A stretch of 63,400 bases of DNA, counting the filler, from Collodictyon triciliatum (taxonomy: Eukaryota), in NCBI GenBank assembly GCA_043381765.1. It is 8 parts of 8 records of this genome, joined end to end, with 100 filler letters (N's around TTAATTAATTAA, not from the genome) between each part and the next. Parts side by side here need not be neighbours in the genome. Positions count along the whole stretch, not along the records: positions 1 to 12,284 come from JBHJMP010002211.1; positions 12,385 to 24,638 come from JBHJMP010002212.1; 6 more parts are not named here. One strand, written 5' to 3'. Below the pieces are notes generated by a model. That model was not told where the DNA came from. It saw nothing but the letters and a program-made list of their open reading frames with translations, and ran no database searches. Of this stretch, positions 1 through 12,990 are shown in pieces; position 1 is the stretch's first letter; the number at the start of each line of letters is the position of its first letter. The translations under genes were made by a program, and so were the position numbers.

Positions 1-285
1 TTTTGTTTTTATTTTTTTGTTTTTATTTTTTTGTTTTTATTTTTTGTTTTTTTGTTTTTTTGTTTTTATTTTTGTTGTTGTTGTTTTTGATATTGCTGTT
101 AATAATGCTATATTGAGTAATGTTTCCTATTGAATTAATGACTATCTTATCATTTGTTTCTGATTTTATCACCGCGCTAGCCAGGTCGGTTATGTCCGAC
201 TGGGCGCATGAGGAGGGGGAAGAGAGAAAAAAAAGCTGCTCTTTCTTATATGTCTTAAGTATCCTTGCGAGCGCGTTTCAAGTAT

Positions 286-315
286 TTTTTTTTTTTCCTT
301 TATTCGATTCAAAGT
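286..315 (-). mobile_element. Ultra-short poly(A) retroposon insertion, copy 1 (ACTTTGAATCGAATAAAGG + A11)
   Basis: Flanked by a perfect 16-bp direct repeat AGCGCGTTTCAAGTAT at 270-285 and 316-331. Sequence is identical to the 3' end of the longer copy at 41563-41801. Confidence 0.85.
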
Positions 316-1658
316 AGCGCGTTTCAAGTATAATTATATCGTGCGAGAAGCTTCAGCGGCGCACACATGAGTTTGTACATAACACAGAAAGACTAATACT
401 TGGAGAAGAGCACGGAAGCCAAGTCGCATCGCCGGGATCTGCAAGCGATACAGGTTGATATTAGCGGATGAGATGATGTGACGCGGGTGTGACACAAGGA
501 CGACACCTAGAGTTTGCGTATCTATATCTGGATTTCATAATATATTTCATATAATAAGTTAAGATTAAATTTTTTAACGATACAATATATTTTAATTGTA
601 AACATATATATGTGTAATATGCATGTATTGGCGACCTGCGCAACGGAATCTATTTGTGGATTTCTATACATCCTGTCCTAATTTGGACTGGCTTTTAATC
701 GAAGGACTCTGTCATAGACTTTTCGCAACCCGGCTGATGATCACGCGTGAGAAATCGTGATTGATTATTCCCGCATACGATTGAATCTGCTCCACGGAGA
801 GGCGAAAAAGTCCCTGCCCAACAAACGCTTCCTGCGCGATGAGGATCAAAGCAGGAAGAGAAGCCCAAAAGCAGCAAGCCCGCACTGGTGAAAGAAAAGG
901 CGATGCCCTTTGATCCGCTTTCGTGACCATTTCATTATTGCCCACCCGCCTCCTCCTCAGAGCAGACTCATAGAGCCAACAGCTTTCAGAGTCGCGTTCG
1001 GCAACCCATTCTTATGTGCAGAGAGCTTTTCTAGACCTTAGGGGGTAGGTCTGTGAGATCCATACTTTGAAAGGGAGAATATATGTACCAGAGTCTCTCT
1101 CTCTTTCTTTCTCATCCTGTCTCGTTTTTCTGACCAGTGATTCTGGTACACAAAGAGAGAATAACCCCACTTCTTTTTATCAGCCTTTTTTTTTTTTAAT
1201 TGCTTTTTGTCTTACTCTTCCTCTGGTCAACCTGTGAGTGATGAAAAGCCTTTTGAAACGACTTTGAGTACACATTTTTCCTTGCTATAGAAGGCTTTTC
1301 ACCTAAATACGCCTCAATTTCCTCCAAATGAAAACTCGGACGCATTGTCCAGTCAATGGTTCAATCGCATGACTTTCTGTTCTAACAAAATGTTTGAAAT
1401 GAAGGGGAAGGTAGGACTCGTTTCTGACCAGAATCGCTCAATTAAATCCTCTAATTGTAAGGAGCCGGCACCTTTATCGACAACATACACGCCAGGTCCC
1501 GTTCTGTTGCTACCTAATCGGTCGGCAATATACTTTGTGTATTTCCTTGTATATTTTGTCTCGCGCTTTTCGGACTCTTGAAGATGCCCTTTTAATCAAG
1601 ATTCATCATTAGGCAATTTGATCCTAAGAGAAGATAATTGATATTACTGAGACTAAAA

Positions 1659-2878
1659 ATGGGTAAAGATAAGCTGTCATCACAAATTCAACCTGCTGAT
1701 CATTTATTCTGCAATATTGTCTTATTAATTTTCGGAATGGTTGTAGGTGGAGCAACATCGATTTTTTCAAAGAAGAAAGATAAAGATCGGGTGGAAAATG
1801 TCTGCATATAAGCACTAACCATCACATCAATCGCTCATTCTTTTTTCGAATTCACAGTAAATTATTGAAGCTTCATTAAGTATCACTTCATATTCCCATT
1901 AGCAAAAGAAACCGTCTGTCGAAAATATCCGTGAAGATGGACCCTCATCACCTTCAAAGGTTGTGGAACCCGAAAAGCCAAAATCAAAGGTATTATTTAT
2001 CATGTATATATTCCTACATAATAAATCAGTCGAATGAATAAATTGGTTGGGTACCAATATACTCATATAAGTAATGTTTGTGTCGAAAAGCTAAACTCGC
2101 AATCTGTTTTTTTTTTTTTTCATGGAAAAATAGGCAGCAGAACCTACAAAGAGACTATCATCATTTTTTTCTGAGAAGCAGACCCAGCTAATTTTTAGTA
2201 ATAATATATAAATAATACAAGTGAAAAATATGGAAATAATTCAATTTAGTAATTGATCGTCCTTTTTTTTATTATTATTATCCAGATACATCACTAAAAG
2301 TGTCGCCTAGCGATTTGGAGGTTGAGGAAAACGGCCAAAGCAAGGCCAAAATCATTCCCATGACTGAGGAAAACCTCAAGAAACTGGATGACTGGAACCA
2401 TGCCCACGCAGAAGACATAGAGCTATATCGTTGGAAACGGTGCATGACTCTGGATTATCTCCCAGAGAATCAGGAAGAGCTGAATTCTTTTTACTATCGG
2501 AGAGTTGAACACGAACATGCTCTCAGGAAAAGAACCCAATCAGACTTTGCACTTGTTGATGCCAGCCGCAGAGTTTCTACAATAGCGAACCAAAGCATCG
2601 CAAACCTTAATGACGTCAATCCGCCACCAGGAGGCATTCTACATGGAAAGAGTATGTGTGTCATAGCACTGGCAAATGCATACTACATTCTCTTAATGTG
2701 CCATATGTGTGTCTTTTTTTAAAAAAATTAAAAAAAAGGAAAGCAATCTTTATTTTCTTCATCATTGCCCTATTTATTTATTTTTAAATCCATCACAGCT
2801 GTCCCAAACTTGGCCACAATCGAAGACCCTGAAGGTGCTGAAAACGAAGACACTCCTGAAATGCACATCCACAGCTAA
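1659..2878 (+). CDS. Multi-exon hypothetical protein, probably N-myristoylated (MGGATSIFSKKKDK...)
   Basis: GT-AG exon chain with consistent phases: ATGG|1663-1746 intron|GTGGAGCA...; exons near 1902-1989, 2134-2197, 2286-2651 (ORF 2300..2722) and 2799-2878 ending ...MHIHS TAA. No recognisable domain. Confidence 0.6.
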
Positions 2879-3059
2879 TCAAATGATTTACTTTCTGTGC
2901 ATAGCTTGGTTCATTTATGACTATCGCATTGCCTTTTTTTTCTCGCGCACATGATTCGTTCTTTTGGTATAAGATATTATATCTGGAAAAGAGTTGGACG
3001 TGAGACGTGGGACATGCACTTTGTGAAATGTGTGAACCACTCTTTCTTCCTCTCTTTTT

Positions 3060-3131
<72 letters not shown>

Positions 3132-3764
3132 CTTCTCATTATATTTTTCAAACGTCCTTTTACGGTTGATTTCGTCTCTCTCAAGGCTGATACCAGTTGT
3201 AAAATGCGTTGGAATTACCTTCAATCTCAACGAATCGAGCACAAATCGAAAAAAAATGTGCCACAGAAAATTAATCATATTTTGATATGAAAATGGATCT
3301 CGATGACAGAATCGTGCATACTTTCTATGCTGCCGAATACTACATCAAGTAACTCATACAAGGCAAAGTGAAAATTTTCAACCCAAAGAAAATTGCTGTG
3401 TGTTTTCACCCTCTGTTTTATCGGTGTTTCATTTGCTTATCTCCAGCATTCATATCTAACTCTCGGCTAATCCCAAATTCTTGCTATATCTTGCTGTTGT
3501 AATACAATTACTCCATGAATTCAAACAAACGCTCATCGAAGACAATTCTTTTATTTTCTTTTCTTCGCTTCAAACCTTCCTCGCCAACATTCTCCGTTTT
3601 CTTTGTGTTGAAATAAACCCCGGACATTATTATCTCGTGGTTGAAAAAAACACCCAAACAAGAGAAAAAAAAAAGAAAGAAGTTCTTTCAGACGAGCATA
3701 CATTGTTCGCTTTCTTTTCTTTTCTCTTTTTTTAGTTTGTTTTGGTTCGTATGGGTCGATAATA

Positions 3765-3829
3765 TTGTTTGTTTGTTTGTTTGTTTGTTTGTTTGTTTGT
3801 TTGTTTGTTTGTTTGTTTGTTTGTTTTTG
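3765..3829 (+). repeat. (TTTG)n microsatellite
   Basis: Directly visible. Confidence 0.95.
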
Positions 3830-3907
3830 TAATATATTTCTTCATTGGGTGCCTGAATAAAAACATCGTTCCATTTCTTTATCATGTCTGATGCGATTCG
3901 GTGGTAA

Positions 3908-5634
3908 TCAGTTTGGCATGATGGGGTTGTAACGAGTGTCGATATGCCACAGATACTTTGCTAGATTTGTAATCCTCTCATAATCTGAGAATCCATAAAA
4001 CTGATGAACCTATGGGATAAACAAAAGAAAAAAGAAACAAGCAAAAGAAGTAAAAACAATTAAATGAGTTTTCCCGTTTTGTGTACATAATCCCAAGAGA
4101 TAGTACTGATACACATCAATAGCATACATCAAGCCAAGAGATACCAGACTTTTGAGTGACAAAGATTGATATTAATACACATATCATTCGCGGGAACGTC
4201 CATATATATGAACAGGCTCTGAGTTCCGTGAGTTACCTGCCGGTCAGCAGTATAGAACATAATCACGTCGGCCTGCTTCACAACAGCCTCATGAGCATTC
4301 GGTTCAATGGCCATCACGGTAGGTGGCGCACCCGAACTGCCCTCCTAGACCAGCACACAAAACAAAATAATAGCGAAACAACAAAACAAGAATGAATGAA
4401 AGAAATTTAATGTGCCCTGTAGAGATTAGTATATTTAATGGGTGTATTGATGGAACTATCACCCAAACCTTCATAATTCCTTTGCATATTCCTGTAATGG
4501 TTTTCCATGGAACAGTTACCTGATGCAGACAAATTGCTAGTTTGTTGGTTGCAGCATTATTCATAGACATATATGTGTATCAAGACGGTGGTATGATGTA
4601 CCATGATAATCTGCGGATGGATAGCTTCCGAGTAGAAACATAGCCGACGCGCGGTGAGATAAAGAAAACCAATGAGCGGTCCGGTTACTGTGAATGCTTT
4701 GCAAGGTATCTCTACGCGATACAAAGAAAAGGAGACAGAAAGACAGTTGAGTGTCAAAAAAAAACTTTTTTGTACTTAAGTGGGGTAATATATAAGAAAC
4801 GAATCGTTTAGATTGCGCATTTGGAGAACAAACATCTTTTTAATATCATCATATCAGACAAGGTGGTATTACCGAGGAACAGAGGCTCATCGGGTGGATT
4901 TTTGAAAAGGGTATTGAACTGTGTATTGTCCAGCTTCTCGGTCACCTTCTTGTTCATGTTGGTTAAGTTCCGGCTCATGTCCAGGCGAGCGTGTTGAACA
5001 CCACGACCGATAGCAGAAAACAGCGAGTTTGCTGGAGATATATGAAAGAAAAAAAAAAGTCATTTGGCTTGAATGTGGAACATTTTACTTAATGGCCACA
5101 TAATAAAATATAATATTCAGTGACTTTGAGATAATTCCTTTTTTTTTTTTCTCTTTTTTTTTTTGCGTGGCATTGTAAAAATACAAACGCCTTTACCTTG
5201 CCGCGAAAGGGAGTCCACAGAGAGACTACCTTGGTCCGAGTAGCTCTGCATTTGAATATTAGCCAACTCAAAAGGCAATGCAAATAGTGGGCCGACAAGA
5301 AAAGTGCAAGAGTAGGGCACACATCCCAAGCGCAGCGGTAATGGGGAAGGAACCAACCCCGAGAGAAAAGCATATTTGACCAGGCGCCCAGAAAAAAAGA
5401 GCAGATCAGTATTAACAAAACACGTGAGGAAGAATAAATCGAGCTGATAAGAACCAAACAAATAAAAGATGATGATTCTGAAGAAAAGAAAAACAGGGGA
5501 AGGATGGACAAAAGACAACGAACCGGGGAGGCAACGTGCTGGGCTGGCGGCGCGCTTGGCTGAGTCTGGGGAGGCGGAGCCGTTGGGTTTGCGTATTGCG
5601 GCGGCGGCTGAACGGGCGGGTATTGATGCGACAT
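3908..5634 (-). CDS. GRAM-domain protein, GEM-like, with a Pro/Gln-rich N-terminus
   Basis: Spliced translation: MSHQYPPVQPPPQY...|SYSDQ|ANSLFSAIG...FNTLFKNPPDEPLFL|EIPCKAFTVTGPLIGFLYLTARRLCFYSE|VTVPWKTI...|...VIMFYTADRQ|VHQFYGFSDYERIT...MPN*. This matches the GEM/GRAM pattern C...GP..G.LY....R..F.S and the F.GF..Y motif. Confidence 0.8.
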
Positions 5635-6863
5635 TGGTGCTCTTTGTTTTCTGCTTGGATTGCGGCTGACTCTGGTTATAGTTTGCAAGGGAGAAAGTAC
5701 GCTGGCTCAGGCTTTTGTGGAGGCGGAAAACATTGAAGCGCTGTTCGACAAAGCCAAGACTGCAGCCAGCCATGATGCTTTTGATAGGTTATCACAGAAG
5801 CGTGCTTCTTTGTGTTATTTCTGAATATGGAATTTAACTTTATTTTATACAATCTATTTATTAAGTTTTTCAAAATATTTTATTTATTAATAAAATAGCA
5901 TATGTTATATATGATAACAATAAATAAGAATTAGACACTCAAGGGGCGTGCGCTGCACAGTACGAAATTCATTGCATCGCATCTACGACCCACACAAAGC
6001 GAAGAGGAGAAAAACACGCCCAACCCAAAACAACCAAAGTCCAGAATTTTTCCATCGAAAAAATACAAATTGTGATTTGTTCAATCTTCGAAAACAATCG
6101 AAAACAATCGAAATCAAAGCGAAATCAAGACTAAGCAGAAGGAAAGAAAAAAAAAACGAAATTAACAAAAAAAAAGAGAAAAAAAAAGCAAGCAAGCGAA
6201 TTGATCCAAAGGCAAAACAAAACCAAAATTGAAATTTGAATTGAGACAAAACTGCCAAACAGCCAAAGACGAGAGAGAAGGCCGATCATTCTTTATACAA
6301 ATTCACAAGCAAGACGCGGCCTATTGAGCCTCGCGCTCCCTCCAAAACCCACTATTTCAACCAGCCACACTCGCATTCCCACTGTCCCTGTGCTATTCTC
6401 CCCACCAAAAAAAACAAAAAACTTTGCCACCCCCGCCTGAGTTTCCTTTGCCCGCCTCGCTGCTTCGCCCTCGCTCCGCTTTTCGCTTCTTTCTCTCCCA
6501 CACACACGCTTCAGTCCGCACAACTTTTTTCCAGAAAAAAGAAAATTCAATGATACCAATCAGTACCCATATTTGGACATTAAGAGAATGTTTGAATCCG
6601 GATTATTGGAGCCCGTCTTAAGAAAACAACACCTGCCGAATGTGTAAATTTTGTTTTGTTTTGTTTTCGAGGGAGTAACCTGGTCGGTAGCTTTTTGGTG
6701 TGCGGCTTCTCCTGCATTTATCTGCCTCGATGAAGGATTGCATACAGACAAATATGCACCAGTATTCTGGCAAAGAAAATAAACAATACCAATATGGTGC
6801 CAGGATGGTATTAGTATTATTATAATACTAAATGTATCCAATTATACTCTATCACACAGAGTC

Positions 6864-8053
6864 ATGGCTGGACTGAGCTTTCGCCCGAGGCCGATCGAGC
6901 CCTTGATTCCGATACCAATTCGGATAGGATTGGATGACGAAGACGAAGATGCTTGCGCCATCACACGAACGGTCCCTCGATTGGCCACTGGAATGGAAGA
7001 AGAAGAAGAAAATGTGACTTATTGATATATACACATAAATATTCAAGCTCAACAACGCACAAAAGTAAATCATAACAATGCTGAAAAATTGATAGCACTA
7101 TGAATTCTTTATCTCAGGAAGCACACATCCGCCACGCGATTCGCAGGCCCACTGCAGCAAACTCGATTCCAACACCAAGAGTGACCATCGTGGATGGATA
7201 CGATACTGCTCCTATAACACAGCCATTCGACCGCACAGGGTCGTACATATGTTGTCAGGGCTATACCCGTTCTCGAGGTATTGTTTATATGATGGCTTTG
7301 ATCATCTTTCCAAAATTTCAGTAGAAATACCTGTTTGCATACTATGGCCGGGAAAAGAAAAACAAACAAAATCTTTGAATTCCTCGGCCTTGGGTGATAA
7401 GTTTATCTCCTCTGAAAAATAAGTCGTTTGTATTACCCCTGGAGGGAGAGCTCAACACTAAGATGAAATAGAAGGGGCCAATTTTTTTTATGAATCTCGT
7501 GCAATTATAATCAAACTGACCTACATCAAAACACCATAATATCCTAGTATGGACAACGTATGAGGATGACGGCATATCTCTAGTCGAATACGATGCAGAT
7601 TCGGAGGATGAGGTGTGGTTGTCTGCATTTAACCATCCAAAAAACTTGCTGACAAGAGAAAAATTTGAATTTGTTGTCGATCGACTCGAGAAAGAAAATG
7701 AACGTTATTGCCAAGTAGGTGCCCATATATATTTTTTTTATGAATTCGTTATCGCAACTACTCATTTAGTCAAATAAGAGCTCTCTATCTTAAGCATGTT
7801 ATGAGTACTCTTCTCTTACTCTCAATTTATATATCGGTATAGATATACGAAAGCTCAGAGATAATGCCCTGTCCAAAATTAGAGCGACAATATAGTATCA
7901 AAATGAATATTCTACAGTCTGTGTACAACCATTGGGCACAAAGAAGAAAAAATCAAGGACATCAATTCCTCCGTCGGCTGGAGGTTTACTTTTACATCAT
8001 ACATATGATTTAATACAAAAGTAACGACATGAATGCTGAAATTCAAAAATGTT

Positions 8054-8110
<57 letters not shown>

Positions 8111-10443
8111 TTAAATCATGTCTAGAAACCAACAGACCCAAACGACCCGTGTCCTTACAAAGCATTCCGACCGCCAGTGGACGAGAAACAGAAGAAAAAG
8201 GCATGAAGTTATTGATTGTACCAAAGAAGAAAATAAGAAAAAAAAAGGATCATTTCTGATTAATTTGCTCATGCGGTTACTCATGACCATTGGCACCCCC
8301 TGTGATTGCCACAAGCCATTCTATATCTATGCCATAGCCTCATGGAAGTAGTATTTTATCCTCACAGGGGCGAAGAAATGACAAAGGAACATACACGAAA
8401 ATGCTAAATCTTAGACAAGAATTTGAAAGGGCCAGAACATTATTTGAACTTATGGTGAAAAGAGAAAAGATGAAACGAGATTTAGTACTAATGACAAGTC
8501 AAGTATTCCAGCAACAAAGTGCACACTACGCAAAGGTTAACTCTTATTTTTATTCTTAAGTCAGACTTATTGTCGAGGCCCCCTCCATGATGTGTCACTA
8601 TATTTCAAATAAATCTACTATGGTCACTACATTTGAATTTTCTCATTTGATAAGCACTCGTTGGTGTCGCTCTATTAGCCATTTTTTTTTATTCACTTGT
8701 AGCTGATAAAAAATCGATGGAAGTTATAAACTGGCTTGATAATGTCTCATTTTTAACATATGCTATCATTTTTCTAATTTTTATTCAGACACCCCGTCAC
8801 AAAGGAGAAAAGAAGTCAGGACAACATGGCTCTCATTCAAAAGAGTAACTCTTTCTTTACCAAATTATTTTTCCAAATAATATTATACATCGCCTTGGTG
8901 GGCTGCTGTCACTAACTTATGAAAAAACAACAACAATAACGCACAGAAGTAAGCAACAGACCGCCGAGTTAAACTCCTCTGGATTAACAGAGGACACAGA
9001 AGAGTTCGTTTCTAAAAAATCGTCACTGGCACCCACTATAGTTAAAACTACTAGCGGACCACCAGCTTCGATTGAAATACCTCAGTATGTTGCAGTTTTA
9101 TTTACGACTGGATTTCATTCATATCATCATTCCTTTGATGAACGAACAAAAACCCCAGTTAACTTAGATGAATATTTTAAACTGTCTTTATTTTAGAAAT
9201 AAGTAGACATGTAATATATGCACTGTAATTATCTTACTATCTCTCATTACGTAGAAATCCTCCAAGGGTACCTAAGGAACCCATGAAGACAAACCTGTTT
9301 GATTTTGTGAAATTTCGATCAGAATTTTACCCCCTTCATCCTTCACCACAGGTTTGTAATAGAGGAAGAGAGATTCCGAAATTCACATATTCAGTAATAT
9401 GATTATTTGTACTATAGAAAACGGAGGCAGCCAAGGTTGGCAGTATCACAAAAAATCGCTGTGCACTTCTTTTTCGAAGACCCCCTGGAGGGGGCCGTCC
9501 GTTTTACGGTCGCTTTAGGAGGGGCCGTGGCGGGAGGGTATTTATAGATAGGATACGCTATGTTGAAGATGAAGTAGATGCAGAGTCTAAAGATAATCTG
9601 TGCAGAGAGAAAGAAGGTACAGCAGATGTTGTCTTCCAAGAAGGTGAAATTGAGGCTGCCAAAAAAGACTGCAAAACACTTGGTACCAGCACCGAAGAGT
9701 GCCGTAGAATCGTCCAATTTGTAGAGCCATCATTCTCTTTGCGACCTGAGGAGTTATCATTTCAAAGTATTTTAAGGGAGATAGATGAGCCGTTCTTCTG
9801 CGACGATAATATGCTGTTCGGATTTGTGTCACAATCAGAAGGTTCTTCATCAGCCAAGCAATTATCTGCAGAGGAAAATGGGAGCAGACCAAGTCGTCAA
9901 AGGTTGAGTACGATGGATTTGACAAATGGTGATTTGGATGAAATAGACTTAACTTCGCCTCAGATACCACGGTCAAGAAACGTTCACGAAGATTCACACA
10001 CAAATCTTAATACGAACTCGCAACATGGCCACACACAGTTTCACAACCATGAAACCAAAGCAATTCAAAGTCCATCCTTTTTGAGTACCAGAGATAAATT
10101 TATAGAGAAATATAAATCCGATTTACTCCAAAATACACTACCTGTTGCAATGGATTTAGACTCAGACGGAAAACAAGCTCAAAATCTGCTAAACGACGAG
10201 AGCGAAAACATGTATAATTACGCTGAATCAGACCAATCGAAACATAATGGATTTAATAGCCCAGTTCGAATGAGAATGGATGTGAGCGGTGACCCAGGTT
10301 CGGAATCTATAGCACGTAAAGTACTCTTCCCACAACCATCAAAGGAAAGCCCAAGCCCACCCGACTCAATTGTGCCGAATGGTCATACTCCCAATGAAAA
10401 GTGCCTGAACCACGACTCCGTTTCATGCGGTATACAGGCATAG
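6864..10443 (+). CDS. EPC: Enhancer of polycomb-like protein (NuA4/TIP60 subunit Epl1/EPC)
   Basis: MAGLSFRPRPIEPLIPIPI...RTVPRLATGMEEEEEN|EAHIRHAI...IPTP; VEYDADSEDEVWL; FEFVVDRLEK; VYNHWAQRR; DPCPYKAFR...RRND...KMLNLRQEFERARTLFELMVKREKMKRD. These are EPcA hallmarks. Last exon is ORF 9739..10443. Confidence 0.92.
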
Positions 10444-11042
10444 CGGTGGCTACTCACGCTAGCGCTTCATTCTGTTTTCTTTATCCACTAACTGGACTCA
10501 GCTTCTTAAGAGTTTGCGGTGACGCTTACTATAATTATTATGGCGTTTGTAAAACAAAATCAGAAAAGAAACTATCTTGCGAGGCAACCCGTCTCATTTT
10601 TTTCTTCCCATCTGCTATTTCCATCACTTTTAACTGCCAAAGGCAAATCAGTATCTTTTTCGAACCAAAGGCAGAGATATAAATCATTTCTTTCATAATC
10701 GAGAGTAAGACAATGATGTTTTTTTTTCTTATCCAACTAGAATGAAAAAAAAAAAGGAATAAAATACGAATACCCTACTAAGATTTATGTATTCCGGACG
10801 AACCAATGCCTACTGATGATGAAGTGTCTGACCGCAGCCGCTTTCTTCTTTTTTTCTTTTCATTTGGACATTTGCGAGCAGTATGCTAAGTGGCCATCTG
10901 GATTGCACCAGACACTCGTATGTACGTATTTATTTGGGAGTTGAGACCTTATTGATTGCAACCCTAAATCCAGAAGGGTGCGATTGGTCATCCACCCATT
11001 TCTGCAGCAGCAAGTATACACGTGATCCAACCAATAATAGTA

Positions 11043-11067
11043 TTTTTTTCCACTTTATTCGATTCAA
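11043..11067 (-). mobile_element. Degenerate ultra-short retroposon insertion, copy 2
   Basis: TTTTTTTCCACTTTATTCGATTCAA matches the family consensus with a 2-nt insertion. Imperfect flanking repeat CAATAATAG (11032-11040) / CAATAACAG (11065-11073). Confidence 0.6.
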
Positions 11068-11217
11068 TAACAGCTGCATCTTTAAAATGAGTTAAACCCT
11101 GCCCCGCCAGTCTGCTTTGGCAAGGGTATGTTAATCCACACGACCAAATTGCAGCTGATTTGTTCCCAAGTGCCCCCTTTTATTGCAACATTTTTTGTTC
11201 AATTTTTTTTCTAATCT

Positions 11218-11513
11218 TTTATTGAGATATCATGCATCGACTTGAGATTGCACATGAGGATATAATAGGCCACTATGGACCCAGTTCCAACATCTTGGGT
11301 CATTGCAAAAAAACTGCTGCTGGTAAATATCACACTCCCTGCATATATATACCGCAGGAGCGCCACATTTGCAAGCTACCCATTCCATATGGCCATAAAG
11401 GTGGTTGGCTATCGAGAGTGGGATGTTATTATTTTATAGCTGAGGGAAAAGCTAGTATATAGTAGTATAAAACTTTCCTTTGTAAGGCATAGGAAAGGGG
11501 TTTTTGGGCAAAC

Positions 11514-11612
<99 letters not shown>

Positions 11613-12284
11613 CAACAATAAGCCAATTAGCTACCTTGAATTCTGGTTTGCCTCCGTTTATGCAAAAATGCAAGGCATATGAAGCAAACCAAAAGTAAAC
11701 CGCCAGCGGTTGATAATAGTCCAATAAGCTATAATAAAATTATTCAGCAGCTCGCCGTATGAACATCTTGCATAATTGAAAATGGAAAACCTGTTTTTGA
11801 TTTCGCATCCTTCTGGGGTGAGGTTTACTAATTTCCTCGCTTTGATAACCAACAGGCTTATCGTTATTCCTGGAGTGAGAGGGAATCATCCCCATATGAT
11901 TTGAATTTGATTCCTTGTATTTCTCAGTCAGTTTGCTCTTAAAGTAATAAATATGAAAGTAGTTTTCAGTAATTTACAATAGATGTTTATTCTCAAGAAC
12001 ATCTGAAACTCATTTAAAAGTGAATAAAACATACCCTCTCTGAGTGGAGACCTTGCTCAGAGTACCTTGACTGTGTAACGTTGAACATATATATTGTTTT
12101 AGACACTCGATAGGGGTTGGTCTCGTTATCTAAAATCACTTTAGGCTGAGAGCGAGTTTCAGATCGAGACTGAGATTGAGATTGGGATTGGGATTGAGAT
12201 TGAGATTGGGATGGAGACTGGGATTGGGATTGGGACTGAGACTGGGATTGGGATTGGGATTGGGATTGGGATTGGGATTGGGAT
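11218..12284 (-). CDS. 5'-truncated single-pass membrane protein with an (SQ)n stalk
   Basis: The (GGGATT)n-like array reads on the minus strand as TCC/TCT-CAA/CAG = SQSQSQ with almost only synonymous variation, continuing SRSETRSQPKVILDNETNPY. A downstream exon (~11635-11728) encodes LIGLLSTAGGLLLVCFICLAFLHKRRQTR (TM helix plus basic stop-transfer). The 3' end is uncertain. Confidence 0.5.
11514..11609 (+). repeat. (AAT)n microsatellite. Similar arrays at 28254-28356, 58372-58470 and 61524-61633.
   Basis: Directly visible. All lie in inferred introns. Confidence 0.95.
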
Positions 12285-12328
12285 NNNNNNNNNNNNNNNN
12301 NNNNNNNNNNNNNNNNNNNNNNNNNNNN

Positions 12329-12340
12329 TTAATTAATTAA
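12329..12340. other. Artificial six-frame-stop assembly spacer (N44-TTAATTAATTAA-N44). Others at 24683, 37012, 42715, 49280, 55136, 61696.
   Basis: Identical palindromic 12-mer embedded in N runs seven times. Confidence 0.97.
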
Positions 12341-12990
12341 NNNNNNNNNNNNNNNNNNNNNNNNNNNNNNNNNNNNNNNNNNNNTTTTTCTTTTTCTTTT
12401 TCTTTTTCTTTTCTTTTTCTTTTTCTTTTTCTTTTTTCTTTTTTTTTTCATGAATCTTGGGCGGCTGGCGTGGAGCAGATCACGAGCGTGGGCGCGCGAG
12501 AGTGATCTATATCCTGATTTGAGGAAAGCCGATCTTGCTTCGACAAAAGCGGGTGCGCCATAGGGATATAGACGAAAACAACAGCGTGTGAATAAATCCC
12601 ATGTAATGGAAGAAGTGCACCATATTTGCACTATAATATAGTTATTATATTATTAATGTATGTATTTAGTGGCCATAAACAATATTTAGAATGTTTTATT
12701 TACTTAAATTATATTTTCCATATATGTAAACCATATAGAGCCCATTTCTATGAATCTTTCCAAGACAACGGTTTCATAACTGCCGGTGTAATTCCTTTTC
12801 TGGACAGATGTTTCCGTTTGCTTTTCTTGCCCGTGCAAAGATAAACCACAATCAGTCACAAACAACCCAACCACACACACACACATCAAAGAACAACATG
12901 CGACAACTGTTTCTTTTCCTTTAACACCCACAAACACTCACTAGAATAAATACTTTCATTTTTTTTTAAAACACAAGAAAGAGGAACCCG

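Noticed and set aside
800-1060. GAAAAAGTCCC and GGTAGGTCTG resembling RNase MRP/P CR-I
   Set aside because: No complementary CR-V segment found downstream to form P4.
1238-1303. SECIS-like ATGA-(10 nt)-AAA hairpin
   Set aside because: The 3' arm lacks the GA needed for the non-Watson-Crick quartet, and no selenoprotein ORF lies upstream on this strand.
2793-3285. Poly-K/poly-F ORFs, and similar poly-I/N/Y ORFs elsewhere
   Set aside because: Translations of homopolymer and microsatellite tracts.
12165-12284. (GGGATT)n array at a scaffold end resembling a telomere
   Set aside because: It is not a TTAGGG permutation. Variants are almost all synonymous for Ser-Gln on the minus strand and run into an open exon, so it is most likely coding.
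12329-12340. Recurrent palindrome TTAATTAATTAA as a biological repeat or CRISPR-like unit
   Set aside because: Always centred in N runs. It is a six-frame-stop assembly linker.
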